A stretch of DNA of 62,917 nucleotides, counting the filler. It is 6 parts of 6 records of this genome, joined end to end, with 100 filler letters (N's around TTAATTAATTAA, not from the genome) between each part and the next. Parts side by side here need not be neighbours in the genome. Positions count along the whole stretch, not along the records: positions 1 to 30,996 come from SRR20825010_3254; positions 31,097 to 37,300 come from SRR20825010_3263; 4 more parts are not named here. The stretch is one strand, 5' to 3'. Made by a program: the position numbers and the translations under genes. The notes below the pieces were generated by a model. It saw only the letters and a program-made list of their open reading frames with translations, had not been told where the DNA came from and did not search any database. This document shows, piece by piece, positions 27,781 through 37,400 of this stretch (position 1 is its first letter; every line of letters starts with the position of its first letter).

Positions 27781-30513
27781 TTACTCACTCCTCAAAGTAT
27801 CTACTGGATTTTTATGAGCAGCCCTAAGCGACTGATAACTGATCGTTGCAATGGCTATAGCTAAGGTGCCTACCGTAGATACCGCAAACACCCAAATATG
27901 GATTGGCGTACGATTAGCAAAATCACTCAGCCACTGATCTACTAAATAGTAAGCAATGGGGGATGCTAATAACATAGATATCAAAAATAACTTAGTGAAT
28001 TCAGCAGAGAACAGCATCACCAGTTCCGAGATTCTCGCGCCTAAAACTTTACGAATGCCCAGCTCCTTTAACCTTTGTTCAGCAGAAAAAGCAGCTAAAC
28101 CGAAGAGTCCCAAACAGGCAATGATTAAGGCCATTACAGTGAAAATATTGAGCACCAAACTCATTCGGCTTTCTTCTTGAAATGTATTTTCAAAGTCTTC
28201 ATCCAGAAAACTGTATTCGAAAGGAATGGTAGCATCCACCGCCTTAATACTTGCTTCGACTCGATCTAGTACAGCCTGTAAATCTTCAGGACTGGAGACA
28301 ACTTGAGGGTTTAAGCGCATGGAATAAAAAGATAGCCCAGCGCCATAATCCCACACCTTGTCATTATCTATATTGATGAAAATTAGGGGTGCAATTGCCT
28401 GACGCACACTGGCAAAATTGAAATCCTTCACCACGCCAATCACCTCGAATTTATCCTCGCTGCCCGATGCCAAAGCCACAAATTGCCCCACCGCACTAGT
28501 AGGGTCATCTCCTCCCCAACCCAATACTTTCACGGCTTCTTCATTCAGAATCACTTTGTATTGATCGGTAGTCAGGGCTTGATCGAAATTACGGCCTGCC
28601 AAAAACTCCAAACCCAAAACATCTAAGTAATCCGCCTCTACGCGTAAGTTGCTTAAAGCCACCACTGGCGCTTCTGGTTCCGTAGATTTATACCGATCAC
28701 CCGAATTAACATAAGGCGGTACACCAAAGGATTTTCCTACTTTGGCGAAGGCTGGCATTGCAGCTAATTCAGTTTTTAGGCGTTCGGTATCGAAGCCCAT
28801 TTGCTCAATATTGCCGATTTGTAAAACATTCTCTTTGGCAAAGCCCAAATCTAGGTTAGAAGTATAGTTCAGCTGTTTCTGCACAAAGAAGGTGCAAATA
28901 ATCAGCGTCATGGAAATAGTGAATTGAAAAACCACCAAGCCATTCCGAATTCCTTTCCCCTTAAATCCTGCGCTCATTTTGCCTTTCAATACCTGAATCG
29001 GTTTGAATGACGACAGGTAGAAAGCAGGATAACTTCCTGCGATAAAACCCAAGAGTAAAACGAAAACCAGTAGAACCGCAATAAAAGCTGGTTGGCTTAA
29101 ATAAGGAGTAAGTAATAACTCTTTCCCTGAAATGGCATTGAACCAGCCCAAAGATGAATTGACAATAAAGAGTGCTGCCACTGTGCTTACTGCCACAAAC
29201 AAGGTAGACTCAAAGATGAATTGCTTGATTAAAGTACCTCTTTCGGAACCCAGCACTTTTCTGATGCCTACCTCCTTGGCACGATTGGAAGAACGGGCCG
29301 TAGAAAGGTTCATAAAGTTGATGCAGGAAAGCACCAATACCAAAATCCCAATGGCCATAAACACTTTAACGAACTGCGGATTACCGACAGGGCCAAAACT
29401 ATTGTAGGGAGGCGCTTCCGACAAATAAATCTCTTTCACAGGCTGTAAAGTCAGTTTCCAAGGATTACCAGCGGTAAACTCTTCAAAGCTCTGATTGAAA
29501 ATTTGCTCTGTGGTGGCAGGCGCATATTTAGGTGGAATGGCCTGAATCTTATCGCTCAACGCAGCCATATTCGTATCGTCATTTACCTTGGCATAAGTAG
29601 CAAAAGCCGTCCAAATCCATTTCCATCCATCACGATCCATTTGGGTCTGGTAGCTGTTCAGCGACACCAAAACATCAAACTGTAGGTGAGATTTACTTGG
29701 TACATCCACCAAAACACCCGTCACCATAAAGTTTTGCCAAGTGCCATCCCATTGTTTTACTTCTAGCGTTTTTCCCATGGCGCTTTCATAACCAAAATAG
29801 CGTTCGGCAGTGCTTTGTGTAATCACCATACTATTGGGTGATTCAATGGCCGTTTTTGGATTTCCTTCAGAAAACTCAAAAGGAAAAACTTCGAAGAAGT
29901 TGTTTTCCACAGCGAAGAAGGCACTTTCTTCAAAAGACTTGTCTTTTTTAGCCTCAGCTTTATAATTAGTGATTTGCGAGCCCAAAAACATAATTCTGGT
30001 GACCTCTTCAAATTCTGGCACTTCATCTCGTAAAGCTACCGCCACATTGGGGCCAGTGGTCGACATTTGTGCGGTCCAATCAGTCCATATGTTGGGTTGG
30101 TTAACACGGTACACCCGATCTATCTCGGGTAGAAATGTGTCGTAGGTAGTTTCATGGTGAATGAAAAGACCAATCGTAAGCGAAATGCTAATTCCGATCA
30201 TTAAACCGAGCAGATTGAGCACGGTAAATTGCTTTTGCCTGATGGCATTCCGCCAGGCAATTTTAAACATGTTTTTGATCATCATGGTGTTATTACTTTG
30301 AGTTTTGAAAAGTGAAAAAGAAGAGAATCCTATAAGCAAATGGAGGGCATCGATCCAATACATGAACCGCGCATACCGCTTGCCTTTGACCAGCATTCTG
30401 TCTTCGTAAATTTCTTGTAAGTCCCCTAAAAACTCTTCCAAGTACATTTTATTGATGCACTTAGCCGCCAACCAATTGGCGAGTTTAGGCGTATTGAATT
30501 TCTTCTTAGGCAT
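27781..30513 (-). CDS. MacB/FtsX-type ABC transporter permease with N-terminal 'permease prefix' extension (second paralog)
   Basis: INFMNLSTARS..RAKEVGIRKVLG, ELGIRKVLGA; N-terminal P..A..L...EEFLGDLQE; overlaps the padR stop (TAATG). Confidence 0.9.
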   Translation of the reverse strand: MPKKKFNTPKLANWLAAKCINKMYLEEFLGDLQEIYEDRMLVKGKRYARFMYWIDALHLLIGFSSFSLFKTQSNNTMMIKNMFKIAWRNAIRQKQFTVLNLLGLMIGISISLTIGLFIHHETTYDTFLPEIDRVYRVNQPNIWTDWTAQMSTTGPNVAVALRDEVPEFEEVTRIMFLGSQITNYKAEAKKDKSFEESAFFAVENNFFEVFPFEFSEGNPKTAIESPNSMVITQSTAERYFGYESAMGKTLEVKQWDGTWQNFMVTGVLVDVPSKSHLQFDVLVSLNSYQTQMDRDGWKWIWTAFATYAKVNDDTNMAALSDKIQAIPPKYAPATTEQIFNQSFEEFTAGNPWKLTLQPVKEIYLSEAPPYNSFGPVGNPQFVKVFMAIGILVLVLSCINFMNLSTARSSNRAKEVGIRKVLGSERGTLIKQFIFESTLFVAVSTVAALFIVNSSLGWFNAISGKELLLTPYLSQPAFIAVLLVFVLLLGFIAGSYPAFYLSSFKPIQVLKGKMSAGFKGKGIRNGLVVFQFTISMTLIICTFFVQKQLNYTSNLDLGFAKENVLQIGNIEQMGFDTERLKTELAAMPAFAKVGKSFGVPPYVNSGDRYKSTEPEAPVVALSNLRVEADYLDVLGLEFLAGRNFDQALTTDQYKVILNEEAVKVLGWGGDDPTSAVGQFVALASGSEDKFEVIGVVKDFNFASVRQAIAPLIFINIDNDKVWDYGAGLSFYSMRLNPQVVSSPEDLQAVLDRVEASIKAVDATIPFEYSFLDEDFENTFQEESRMSLVLNIFTVMALIIACLGLFGLAAFSAEQRLKELGIRKVLGARISELVMLFSAEFTKLFLISMLLASPIAYYLVDQWLSDFANRTPIHIWVFAVSTVGTLAIAIATISYQSLRAAHKNPVDTLRSE

Positions 30514-30842
30514 TAGTGACCTGCATTAAGTTGCGGAATCAACTGCCACATTTTTTGGCGAACATCTTGAGCGGCCTCTAATTGGCGCATGCCCGAAGGA
30601 GTGACTTCAAAAAGGCGTTTGCGCCTATCGCCTCGTTTTTCGGTATTGCCGCCCATTTCAGATTTGAGCAAACCTTTGTCTTGCAAACGGTAGAGGGTAA
30701 TGTGCACTGCCCCTAAAAGTATAGACCGACCGCTGTGCTTTTCTACTTCTTGTTTTACATTAATGCCATAAGCCTCCCCTTTTAGAATACAGACAGCCAA
30801 AAGCACCAACTCTTCGAACTCACCAAGCCCTTTGTTTTTCAT
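30513..30842 (-). CDS. PadR-family transcriptional regulator (second paralog)
   Basis: LGEFEELVLLAV, LYRLQDKG, RGDRRKRLF. Confidence 0.92.
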   Translation of the reverse strand: MKNKGLGEFEELVLLAVCILKGEAYGINVKQEVEKHSGRSILLGAVHITLYRLQDKGLLKSEMGGNTEKRGDRRKRLFEVTPSGMRQLEAAQDVRQKMWQLIPQLNAGH

Positions 30843-30852
30843 TAGATATACA

Positions 30853-30895
30853 TTGTATGTTATACAAAGTTATAACTAATAGATTGAAATACAAA
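30853..30895 (-). promoter_or_regulatory. Candidate padR promoter (-33 TTTG, -7 TAACTTTG) with overlapping inverted repeat
   Basis: Minus strand: TTTG (30895-30892), 19-nt spacer, TAACTTTG (30872-30865). Inverted repeat TTGTAT-N3-ATACAA at 30853-30867. Confidence 0.55.
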
Positions 30896-30996
30896 TGAGG
30901 CAATTAAATGAAATGGAATTACTCTTGAACCTTAACCGCAAAGGGCTATTCGCAGCGTCATTGCTTCTTCGCTTCTCAACCGCTAAAGCTAAGGGC

Positions 30997-31096
30997 NNNN
31001 NNNNNNNNNNNNNNNNNNNNNNNNNNNNNNNNNNNNNNNNTTAATTAATTAANNNNNNNNNNNNNNNNNNNNNNNNNNNNNNNNNNNNNNNNNNNN
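30997..31096. other. Artificial contig spacer
   Basis: 44 N + TTAATTAATTAA + 44 N; composition changes abruptly across it. Confidence 0.98.
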
Positions 31097-31225
31097 CCTC
31101 GCTTTGTGCCAAAGCATCGGCTCGAGTGCCAGGTTTGGACCTGGCCTACGGGCGAGCGGCGATACATCGACTCGACCTGGGAACTAGCTCCGGCGACATT
31201 CCTTCCAGCTAGCTGTCAGCGCATG

Positions 31226-31264
31226 AAAAAGCCCGACCTTTTCCCCCCGAAAAAGGCCGAGCTT
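31226..31264 (-). terminator. Intrinsic terminator downstream of the large repeat protein
   Basis: Minus strand AAGCTCGGCCTTTT-loop-AAAAGGTCGGGCTT then TTT. Confidence 0.6.
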
Positions 31265-31350
31265 GACTCACGAAATCGATCCGAGCGTTCCACCGGCTCC
31301 CCGTTGCCCGGCATCGATTTGTTGTCGCGAGTTTTCTTCAGTCCTAAGGA

Positions 31351-34300
31351 TCAGCGATCCGTCGGACGGTTCTGAATGCCTGGCGTTTGCATGAACGATG
31401 CCAAGAAGCTGCGTTTGCTGTTGTCGACGACCGTGAAGTCGGTCAACGGAACAACGGTCGGGTTGGTGCCACCGACATCAATGTCGTCGATGCTTTCACC
31501 GTTGCCCAAAGCTCCTTCTGCGGAGCTCGGGAATTCAGGTCCGTCGCTCGTGCCGCTTGGCAATGACAATCGAGTCACTTGGTATTTGCCCGGCAACAAG
31601 CCTTCGAACAGGTACTCGCCATTGGCGTCGGTGGTCACGGTCACAGGAGTGAACGTGCTTCCGTCTGACAACGTTCCGGTCAGTTGCAACTGAACACCTT
31701 CGTAGCCCACTTCACCCGCGTCCCGAACACCATTTCGGTTGGCATCGCGGTAGACATTGCCGGAGATCTCATTGATTGCTTGATCAATGGCTGTGGTTGC
31801 CGAAGCCGTGTTGTCAGTGGTGTTGGTTTCCGCCGTGGTGGTGGATACCGTCACGCTGTTGACCTGGTCAGCCGTCACTCCATCGTTGACAGAAGCAACA
31901 ATGGTGAACTGGAACGAACTGCCTGATGCAATGGTGCCGCCATTAACGGTGACCGTTTGCCCTGTTGCTGACAAGGCTCCGCTTGGTCCCGTACCGCTAA
32001 CGAAGGTCAATCCTGCTGGCAGCGTATCGACCGCGGTCACGGCGGCTGCTGGCGAAGGGCCATCGTTGAACACGATCACGGTGTAAGTCAGTTCCGCACC
32101 GGTTTGAGCGGTGGTCACGTCAACCGTTTTGGTGACTCGGACGTTGGCTTCCGGAACAACGGTGACCGGGACGGATGCCGAGTTGTTGTCGGTTTGAGTT
32201 TCACCAGCGTCCGTTGCAATCGAAACATTGTTCGTGATGGCTCCGGATGCATCATCATCAACCGTCGCGGTGATCGTCAGCGTTCGAGTGGTGCCAGGAG
32301 CAAGGTCGAATTCAGGGAAGACAATCACGCCATTGGTGGTGCTGGTCGGAGTCACCGCGGCACCACCGGAGGTGGCCGAAGCGAATGTTAAACCAGCTGG
32401 TAGCGTGTCAGTCACGATCGCACCCGTTGCCGTCGATGGGCTTTCGCCGTTGTCAGCTTCGGTTCCATCGTCGTTGGTGTCATGCGAAACGACAATGTTG
32501 AACGTCACCGTGTCATCGGGGCCGAACGTTGTGGCACCGCCCTGAACAGTTTTCGCGATTGTCAGGTCGAACTCGGGAGTCACACCCACGGTAACGGTGT
32601 CGGTGTTGTTGGTGCTGTCCAATTCGGTCACGCCAGGGACGGCAACGCTCGCGGAGTTGACCAGGTCCGTTGTCACGGTCGGATCCACATCGGCGGTGAC
32701 CGTGAAGGTCCGTGTCGTGCCAACCGGAATCGAAGCGTATTCGACTTCCAACAAACGAGTCGTGGTGTTGAAGTTGGAGGTCGATGAACCAGCCGCTGTA
32801 ATCACGACGTTGGACAATCCGGCGGGCAACGTGTCGGTGATCCGAGAGTTGATCGCGTCAGAGATGCTGTCGTCGTCGTGCGAAACCGTGAAGGTGTAGG
32901 TGACGGTATCCGCACCCGGAACCACGGTGGTTTCTGCCGCCGTTTTTTCCAAGATCAGGTCGATTCGGGCGTCCGGATCGATGTTGACGGTGGAAGTGTT
33001 GTTGTTGGAATCCGATTCGGGATCGGTCGTGCTGACCGTAGCCGTGTTGGCGATCACATCGAATTCATCCGAGGCGATGCCGACTTCGAATTGGAACGTC
33101 AAGGATTCACTTGGGTCCAAATCGGGAACTGTAAAGGTCAGTGTTTGACCCGTTTGGACCACGGTCACCCCTGATGTTCCCGCATCAAAGCTGCCGGCGA
33201 CCAATGACAGTCCATCGTCCAAGATGTCAACGACTTCAACGCCGCGAGCTTCGGATGGTCCAGAGTTGCTGACGACGACCTGATAGGTCACAAAACCGCC
33301 CGCCACCACCTGGAATGGTGAGGTGCTATCGATGATGTCGTCGGCGTCATCGCCATCGGTGCGATCATCGGGGATCCGAGTTTCGATGACTGTCTTCGCG
33401 ACCGTCACGTCGACTTCGCGGACGACGTCGGTAGTGTCATTGGTTGTGACATCTGGCGCGTTGTCGGCCGTTGCGGTAACCGAGTTGTCCAGTGGCGAAT
33501 CACCGTCGGCGATGGTTGGATCGACGGTGACAATGATCTCGATGGTTTCGTCTTCACCGGCGGCCAGATCACCCAGCACCATTTGGATTTTGCCGGCGTC
33601 AGGACCTGCCGTCACTTCGCTGACCGAACCCGAGCCGTCGGTGAAGCTTGCCGAAACAAACGTCACTCCGGTTGGCAGCGTGTCCAGTGCGGTCACGTTG
33701 ATTGCGTTGTCGGTGCTGGTGTTGGTGACCGTGATTTGATAGGTCAGTTGGTTACCCGCCGTGACGGTTGCCAAGTTGTCCGTTTTGGTCACGCTCAAAG
33801 TCGCGATGGGAACATCCGCGTTCGCCAGCGAAACGTTGTTCAATAGTGGATCGGAGTCATCCGGGTTGGTCGGGTCGTTGTCGACTTCTACCTGGAAACC
33901 GCTGACGTGAGCTTCATTCTCAGGGTCTGCAGAAACATCGGTATCGATGTCGGTGAAAACTCGGTAGGTGACTGATCCAGATGCCGCCAAGGCTCCCACG
34001 CTGAACGTTCGGATTTCACGGCCCGCACCACCAACTTCCGTTGTCGTGGTTGTGGCAACAGCCCCACCGCCACTGTCTTCGATTCGATCGAAGGTCAGTC
34101 CGTCGGGGATGAAGTCGTCCACGCTGACATCGGTTGCATCCAACGGACCCAAGTTTTCGATCACCAAGTCGAAGACCGCGGTACCGCCGGCGATCAAGTT
34201 CGATGATGCGGTCACCAATGATTTGGTGATTCGCAAATCGGTGTTGGGAACCACACCAAAGTCAACGGTTGAGTTGGTGTTGTTGTCGGTTCCGTCCGTG

Positions 34301-35910
34301 GTGGGTTCGCCATTGACTTCCAAGGTGATCGCACCGCTGACCAAGCCGATTCCATCGACGTAGGTGCCGTCGTTGTCGTCGTTTGCATTCAGGTCGGTGT
34401 CCGCGGCGGCGGTGCCACTGCCGGAGTGTCCAAAGAGCGGTTGGCCGGTTGCGAATTCAGATTCAGGAATCACAACAGCGTAGGTGCCAGGGCCAAGTGG
34501 ATCGCCGCTGGTCAGCGTGGTGAAGGTGTAGGCACCTGAGGTGGCTCCACCGGTGACCGTGGTTGTGGCGATCGGAGTGTCGCCGGCGTCGACCGTATCA
34601 GTTGGTCCGCTCAAGGCATAAAGTTCCACCACGATTTCATTACCCGCACCGGGGTTTGGGAAATCGGGCTCGCCGGCGTCACGTGTGCCGTTGTTTTGGT
34701 TGGTTTGGTTGGTTCCGCCGCCATCATCGATGAAGATTTCACCACCCAATTCCATCGGTTGGATGCTGGCCAAGTTCAGAACGTTTTCATTGCTGCTTTG
34801 TGATTCCAAGACAGAAACGAACAGGTCCAAACTAGATGCACCAGCACCACCGTTGCTGGTGACTGCATCAACAAAAACCTCGATGGCACCAACGTTACCG
34901 AAATCAGCACCGGTGCCGACATCGGAGAACGAACTGAAAGGCACGAACAGTTCTTGAGCAGGACCGCCGATGTTGCTGGGCAAGCTCAGCGTTGCGGTCG
35001 AGAAGTTGGCCGCATCGGTGTAGACGCGGACTTCAACTCCGTCGGTCACGACTTGGTCGCTTCGAACAGACAGAACGATTCCGGCGGCTGAATCGGAGTT
35101 CGACAAGTCCTCTCCACCCAGACCGGTCGCATCCAGGGCAAGTCCGCCACCATCAGCATCGACACCGTCGTATTGCACAAGCAGCGTCGCCGTAACGTCG
35201 CCACCGTTGCTGAAGACCAATTCGCTGGAACCCGTGACAATTTCAAATTGGCTGTCACCACTCGTTCTCGCAGCGAGAAAAATTTCCACATCTCGTTCGT
35301 CACCGATAACATCGCCGCCGGAGGTCAACGCACCACTGCTGCTGGTGGTGGTGCTGCCGGCTACGGTTTCGGTGATTGGTTGCGAGGGTTGATCGATCGA
35401 GAACGCATCGATCGTGGCGGCGGTGACGCCAGTGTCATCGGTGATGGTCAACGTTGCGGTATCAGGGAACACCAATCCGCTGAGGTCGGCCCCACCGGGA
35501 GCGTCTTCTTGCGTCAGGAAGTAGACACCTGTGGCGGTCACGCCGGTCGCATCGGAACCGTCCAGGTTGGTGAAGCGATAGGCACCATCGGCAACCGTGG
35601 TGACGGTGCCTTCGACAACGTCGGTTCCGATTTCGAGCGTGCCGTTGGAGTTGGAGTCACGGTACAAAGTGATCAACGCACCCTCGATGGCAGGTTCTCC
35701 ACCATCCATGGTTCCGTTGCCATCGCTGTCGATGTAGGCGATGCCGCTGATGGCGGCCAAATCGCTCGCCATCAATTCCCGTTTTTGCAGGGATTCCAGT
35801 CGAAGACGCCGTTGTCCTCGGCGACCACGACGGCTGGATTTCGCTTGATCAGATTTTTGGGTGCGACGGCTTTGACCGGTCAGACGGTCGATCATGCGTT
35901 GGAAGATCAT
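31351..35910 (-). CDS. Large planctomycete extracellular protein with three SdrD-B-like and six DUF11-like repeats
   Basis: N-terminal RRLRLESLQKRELMA planctomycete motif; I/LxGxxxxD...NG..D.GE repeats; D/NL.I.K...G...Y...V.N.GP..A..V...D.LP.GL.F repeats; very acidic and Thr-rich. Confidence 0.88.
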   Translation of the reverse strand: MIFQRMIDRLTGQSRRTQKSDQAKSSRRGRRGQRRLRLESLQKRELMASDLAAISGIAYIDSDGNGTMDGGEPAIEGALITLYRDSNSNGTLEIGTDVVEGTVTTVADGAYRFTNLDGSDATGVTATGVYFLTQEDAPGGADLSGLVFPDTATLTITDDTGVTAATIDAFSIDQPSQPITETVAGSTTTSSSGALTSGGDVIGDERDVEIFLAARTSGDSQFEIVTGSSELVFSNGGDVTATLLVQYDGVDADGGGLALDATGLGGEDLSNSDSAAGIVLSVRSDQVVTDGVEVRVYTDAANFSTATLSLPSNIGGPAQELFVPFSSFSDVGTGADFGNVGAIEVFVDAVTSNGGAGASSLDLFVSVLESQSSNENVLNLASIQPMELGGEIFIDDGGGTNQTNQNNGTRDAGEPDFPNPGAGNEIVVELYALSGPTDTVDAGDTPIATTTVTGGATSGAYTFTTLTSGDPLGPGTYAVVIPESEFATGQPLFGHSGSGTAAADTDLNANDDNDGTYVDGIGLVSGAITLEVNGEPTTDGTDNNTNSTVDFGVVPNTDLRITKSLVTASSNLIAGGTAVFDLVIENLGPLDATDVSVDDFIPDGLTFDRIEDSGGGAVATTTTTEVGGAGREIRTFSVGALAASGSVTYRVFTDIDTDVSADPENEAHVSGFQVEVDNDPTNPDDSDPLLNNVSLANADVPIATLSVTKTDNLATVTAGNQLTYQITVTNTSTDNAINVTALDTLPTGVTFVSASFTDGSGSVSEVTAGPDAGKIQMVLGDLAAGEDETIEIIVTVDPTIADGDSPLDNSVTATADNAPDVTTNDTTDVVREVDVTVAKTVIETRIPDDRTDGDDADDIIDSTSPFQVVAGGFVTYQVVVSNSGPSEARGVEVVDILDDGLSLVAGSFDAGTSGVTVVQTGQTLTFTVPDLDPSESLTFQFEVGIASDEFDVIANTATVSTTDPESDSNNNTSTVNIDPDARIDLILEKTAAETTVVPGADTVTYTFTVSHDDDSISDAINSRITDTLPAGLSNVVITAAGSSTSNFNTTTRLLEVEYASIPVGTTRTFTVTADVDPTVTTDLVNSASVAVPGVTELDSTNNTDTVTVGVTPEFDLTIAKTVQGGATTFGPDDTVTFNIVVSHDTNDDGTEADNGESPSTATGAIVTDTLPAGLTFASATSGGAAVTPTSTTNGVIVFPEFDLAPGTTRTLTITATVDDDASGAITNNVSIATDAGETQTDNNSASVPVTVVPEANVRVTKTVDVTTAQTGAELTYTVIVFNDGPSPAAAVTAVDTLPAGLTFVSGTGPSGALSATGQTVTVNGGTIASGSSFQFTIVASVNDGVTADQVNSVTVSTTTAETNTTDNTASATTAIDQAINEISGNVYRDANRNGVRDAGEVGYEGVQLQLTGTLSDGSTFTPVTVTTDANGEYLFEGLLPGKYQVTRLSLPSGTSDGPEFPSSAEGALGNGESIDDIDVGGTNPTVVPLTDFTVVDNSKRSFLASFMQTPGIQNRPTDR

Positions 35911-36216
35911 GTCCAATTCCCTGGAAACTGTTGTCTTAGTTGGGGGAGCGTGCGTCTCCGGAGCCCGTCACGCGAAATCATGGGGATGACGCGACCGGCT
36001 CGTTGCTGGGTGATGGTTGGATGTTCTCACCCGGAGAATGGTTTCATCCTTCACCGCTCCGAATCCCTCGGTTTCGGTGTAATCGGCATGTTTGCTTCAT
36101 TCGCGTCAGCTGATTCATTGCGAGTCAGCTGAAATTTTCGAATTGTTCCTCCCGGCAACCCATTCAGGATTCCCGGTCAAATCAGCAGGCCTTGCCAAAC
36201 CTCTCGACGTTTTTCA

Positions 36217-37300
36217 CTACCAGCGATACTCGCCGCCGAAGCTGATGCCTTGGGCCCAGTAGTCGGTGTTGTCGAACTCGAAGGCGGGGTAGTCAGCTAG
36301 AACGGGTGTTGCTGGAGTCGTGCCGTTGGGCAGTTGAGCCGTGTCGACGCGGCGGTCGATGTGGTCGCCAGGTCGCACAACGTTGGACCAGTAAAGGAAC
36401 GTGTATCCGAAGGTGGCTCGAAGTTGCTCAGTGACTTGGTAACCCAGTGTCAGGTCGAGTTGTGGCAGGACAGAGAATTCGTCCCGGCTGTACTCGCCGA
36501 TGTTGGAATTTTGAGCCAACAAACCGCCTTTTTCAGCCGCTCCGCCATCGATCGATGTTTCACCGTCGATCGTGACTCGTTGACGAGTGTTACCAACGCC
36601 CAAGCGAATCAGAGCATCGAAGGTCCAGTAGCCACGGGTTCGTTTGTACATCCATCCCAAGTCCAGTCCGTTGAACTGGTTGCGAGTGCGGAAGTCATCA
36701 AAGATGTCGTACTGCAACACGGTGGTGTCGGGAGCCGTTGGGATGCTGGCCAGGTTTTCCGTGATTCGAACGCCTTCACGCAGTTCGACTTGCCGGAATC
36801 CGACCAGGTATTCAAATCGTTCGCAGGTGTGTTCGGGGCAACCGCAGAAGACGCCTTGGCTGCAGCTGGTTTCGCTGCGGCGGAGGTGACGCAGGTTGAT
36901 TCCCCATCCTCGCAAGCGGCTGTCAACATCGACGGCCACTGTTCCTGCCAATTGGTTTGGGAAAGCGACTTGTTGTTGGTCTTCGACGCTGCCATTGGCC
37001 ACATTGATGAACGGGCGACCCAAGAATTGTGAGTCAGCACCACTGGCACGATAGCTGTCGGTTTCTTCCCCGATTCCGAAACCTTCGGCTCCGATGCCCC
37101 AAGTGTGGCACTTGTCCAACCAAAATCCAAACTTCAGACGCAATCCGTCCATGTTGTCGGTCAAGACATCTTGTCCACCGTATAGCACGCGACCCGGATC
37201 ATTTGGGAAACGTTGCGAAGGAAGCACATCAGTGGACACCAATGGTGGCAACGCCATGCCGTCTTGCCACCAAAGCAGGTACTCGGCTGAGAACCAACCG
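36217..37300 (-). CDS. BBP7-family outer-membrane beta-barrel protein, 5'-partial
   Basis: FRTRNQFNG, GGLLAQ.SNIG, GYTFLYWSNVVRPGDHID, C-terminal YWAQGISFGGEYRW (aromatic terminal beta signal). Confidence 0.8.
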
Positions 37301-37400
37301 NNNNNNNNNNNNNNNNNNNNNNNNNNNNNNNNNNNNNNNNNNNNTTAATTAATTAANNNNNNNNNNNNNNNNNNNNNNNNNNNNNNNNNNNNNNNNNNNN
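37301..37400. other. Artificial contig spacer
   Basis: 44 N + TTAATTAATTAA + 44 N. Confidence 0.98.

Noticed and set aside
30930-30996. AACCGC-AAAG-like repeated words at the end of contig 1
   Set aside because: May be the start of a dispersed repeat that broke the assembly, but it is truncated and too short to support a call.
31041-31052. TTAATTAATTAA recurring five times, as a biological repeat
   Set aside because: Always centred in identical N runs; it is an artificial all-frame stop linker. ORF-track entries ending in X...LIN are artefacts of it.
31376-37032. Many + strand ORFs, including 35173-36132 and 36334-37032
   Set aside because: Antisense shadows of GC-rich coding sequence with no recognisable motifs.
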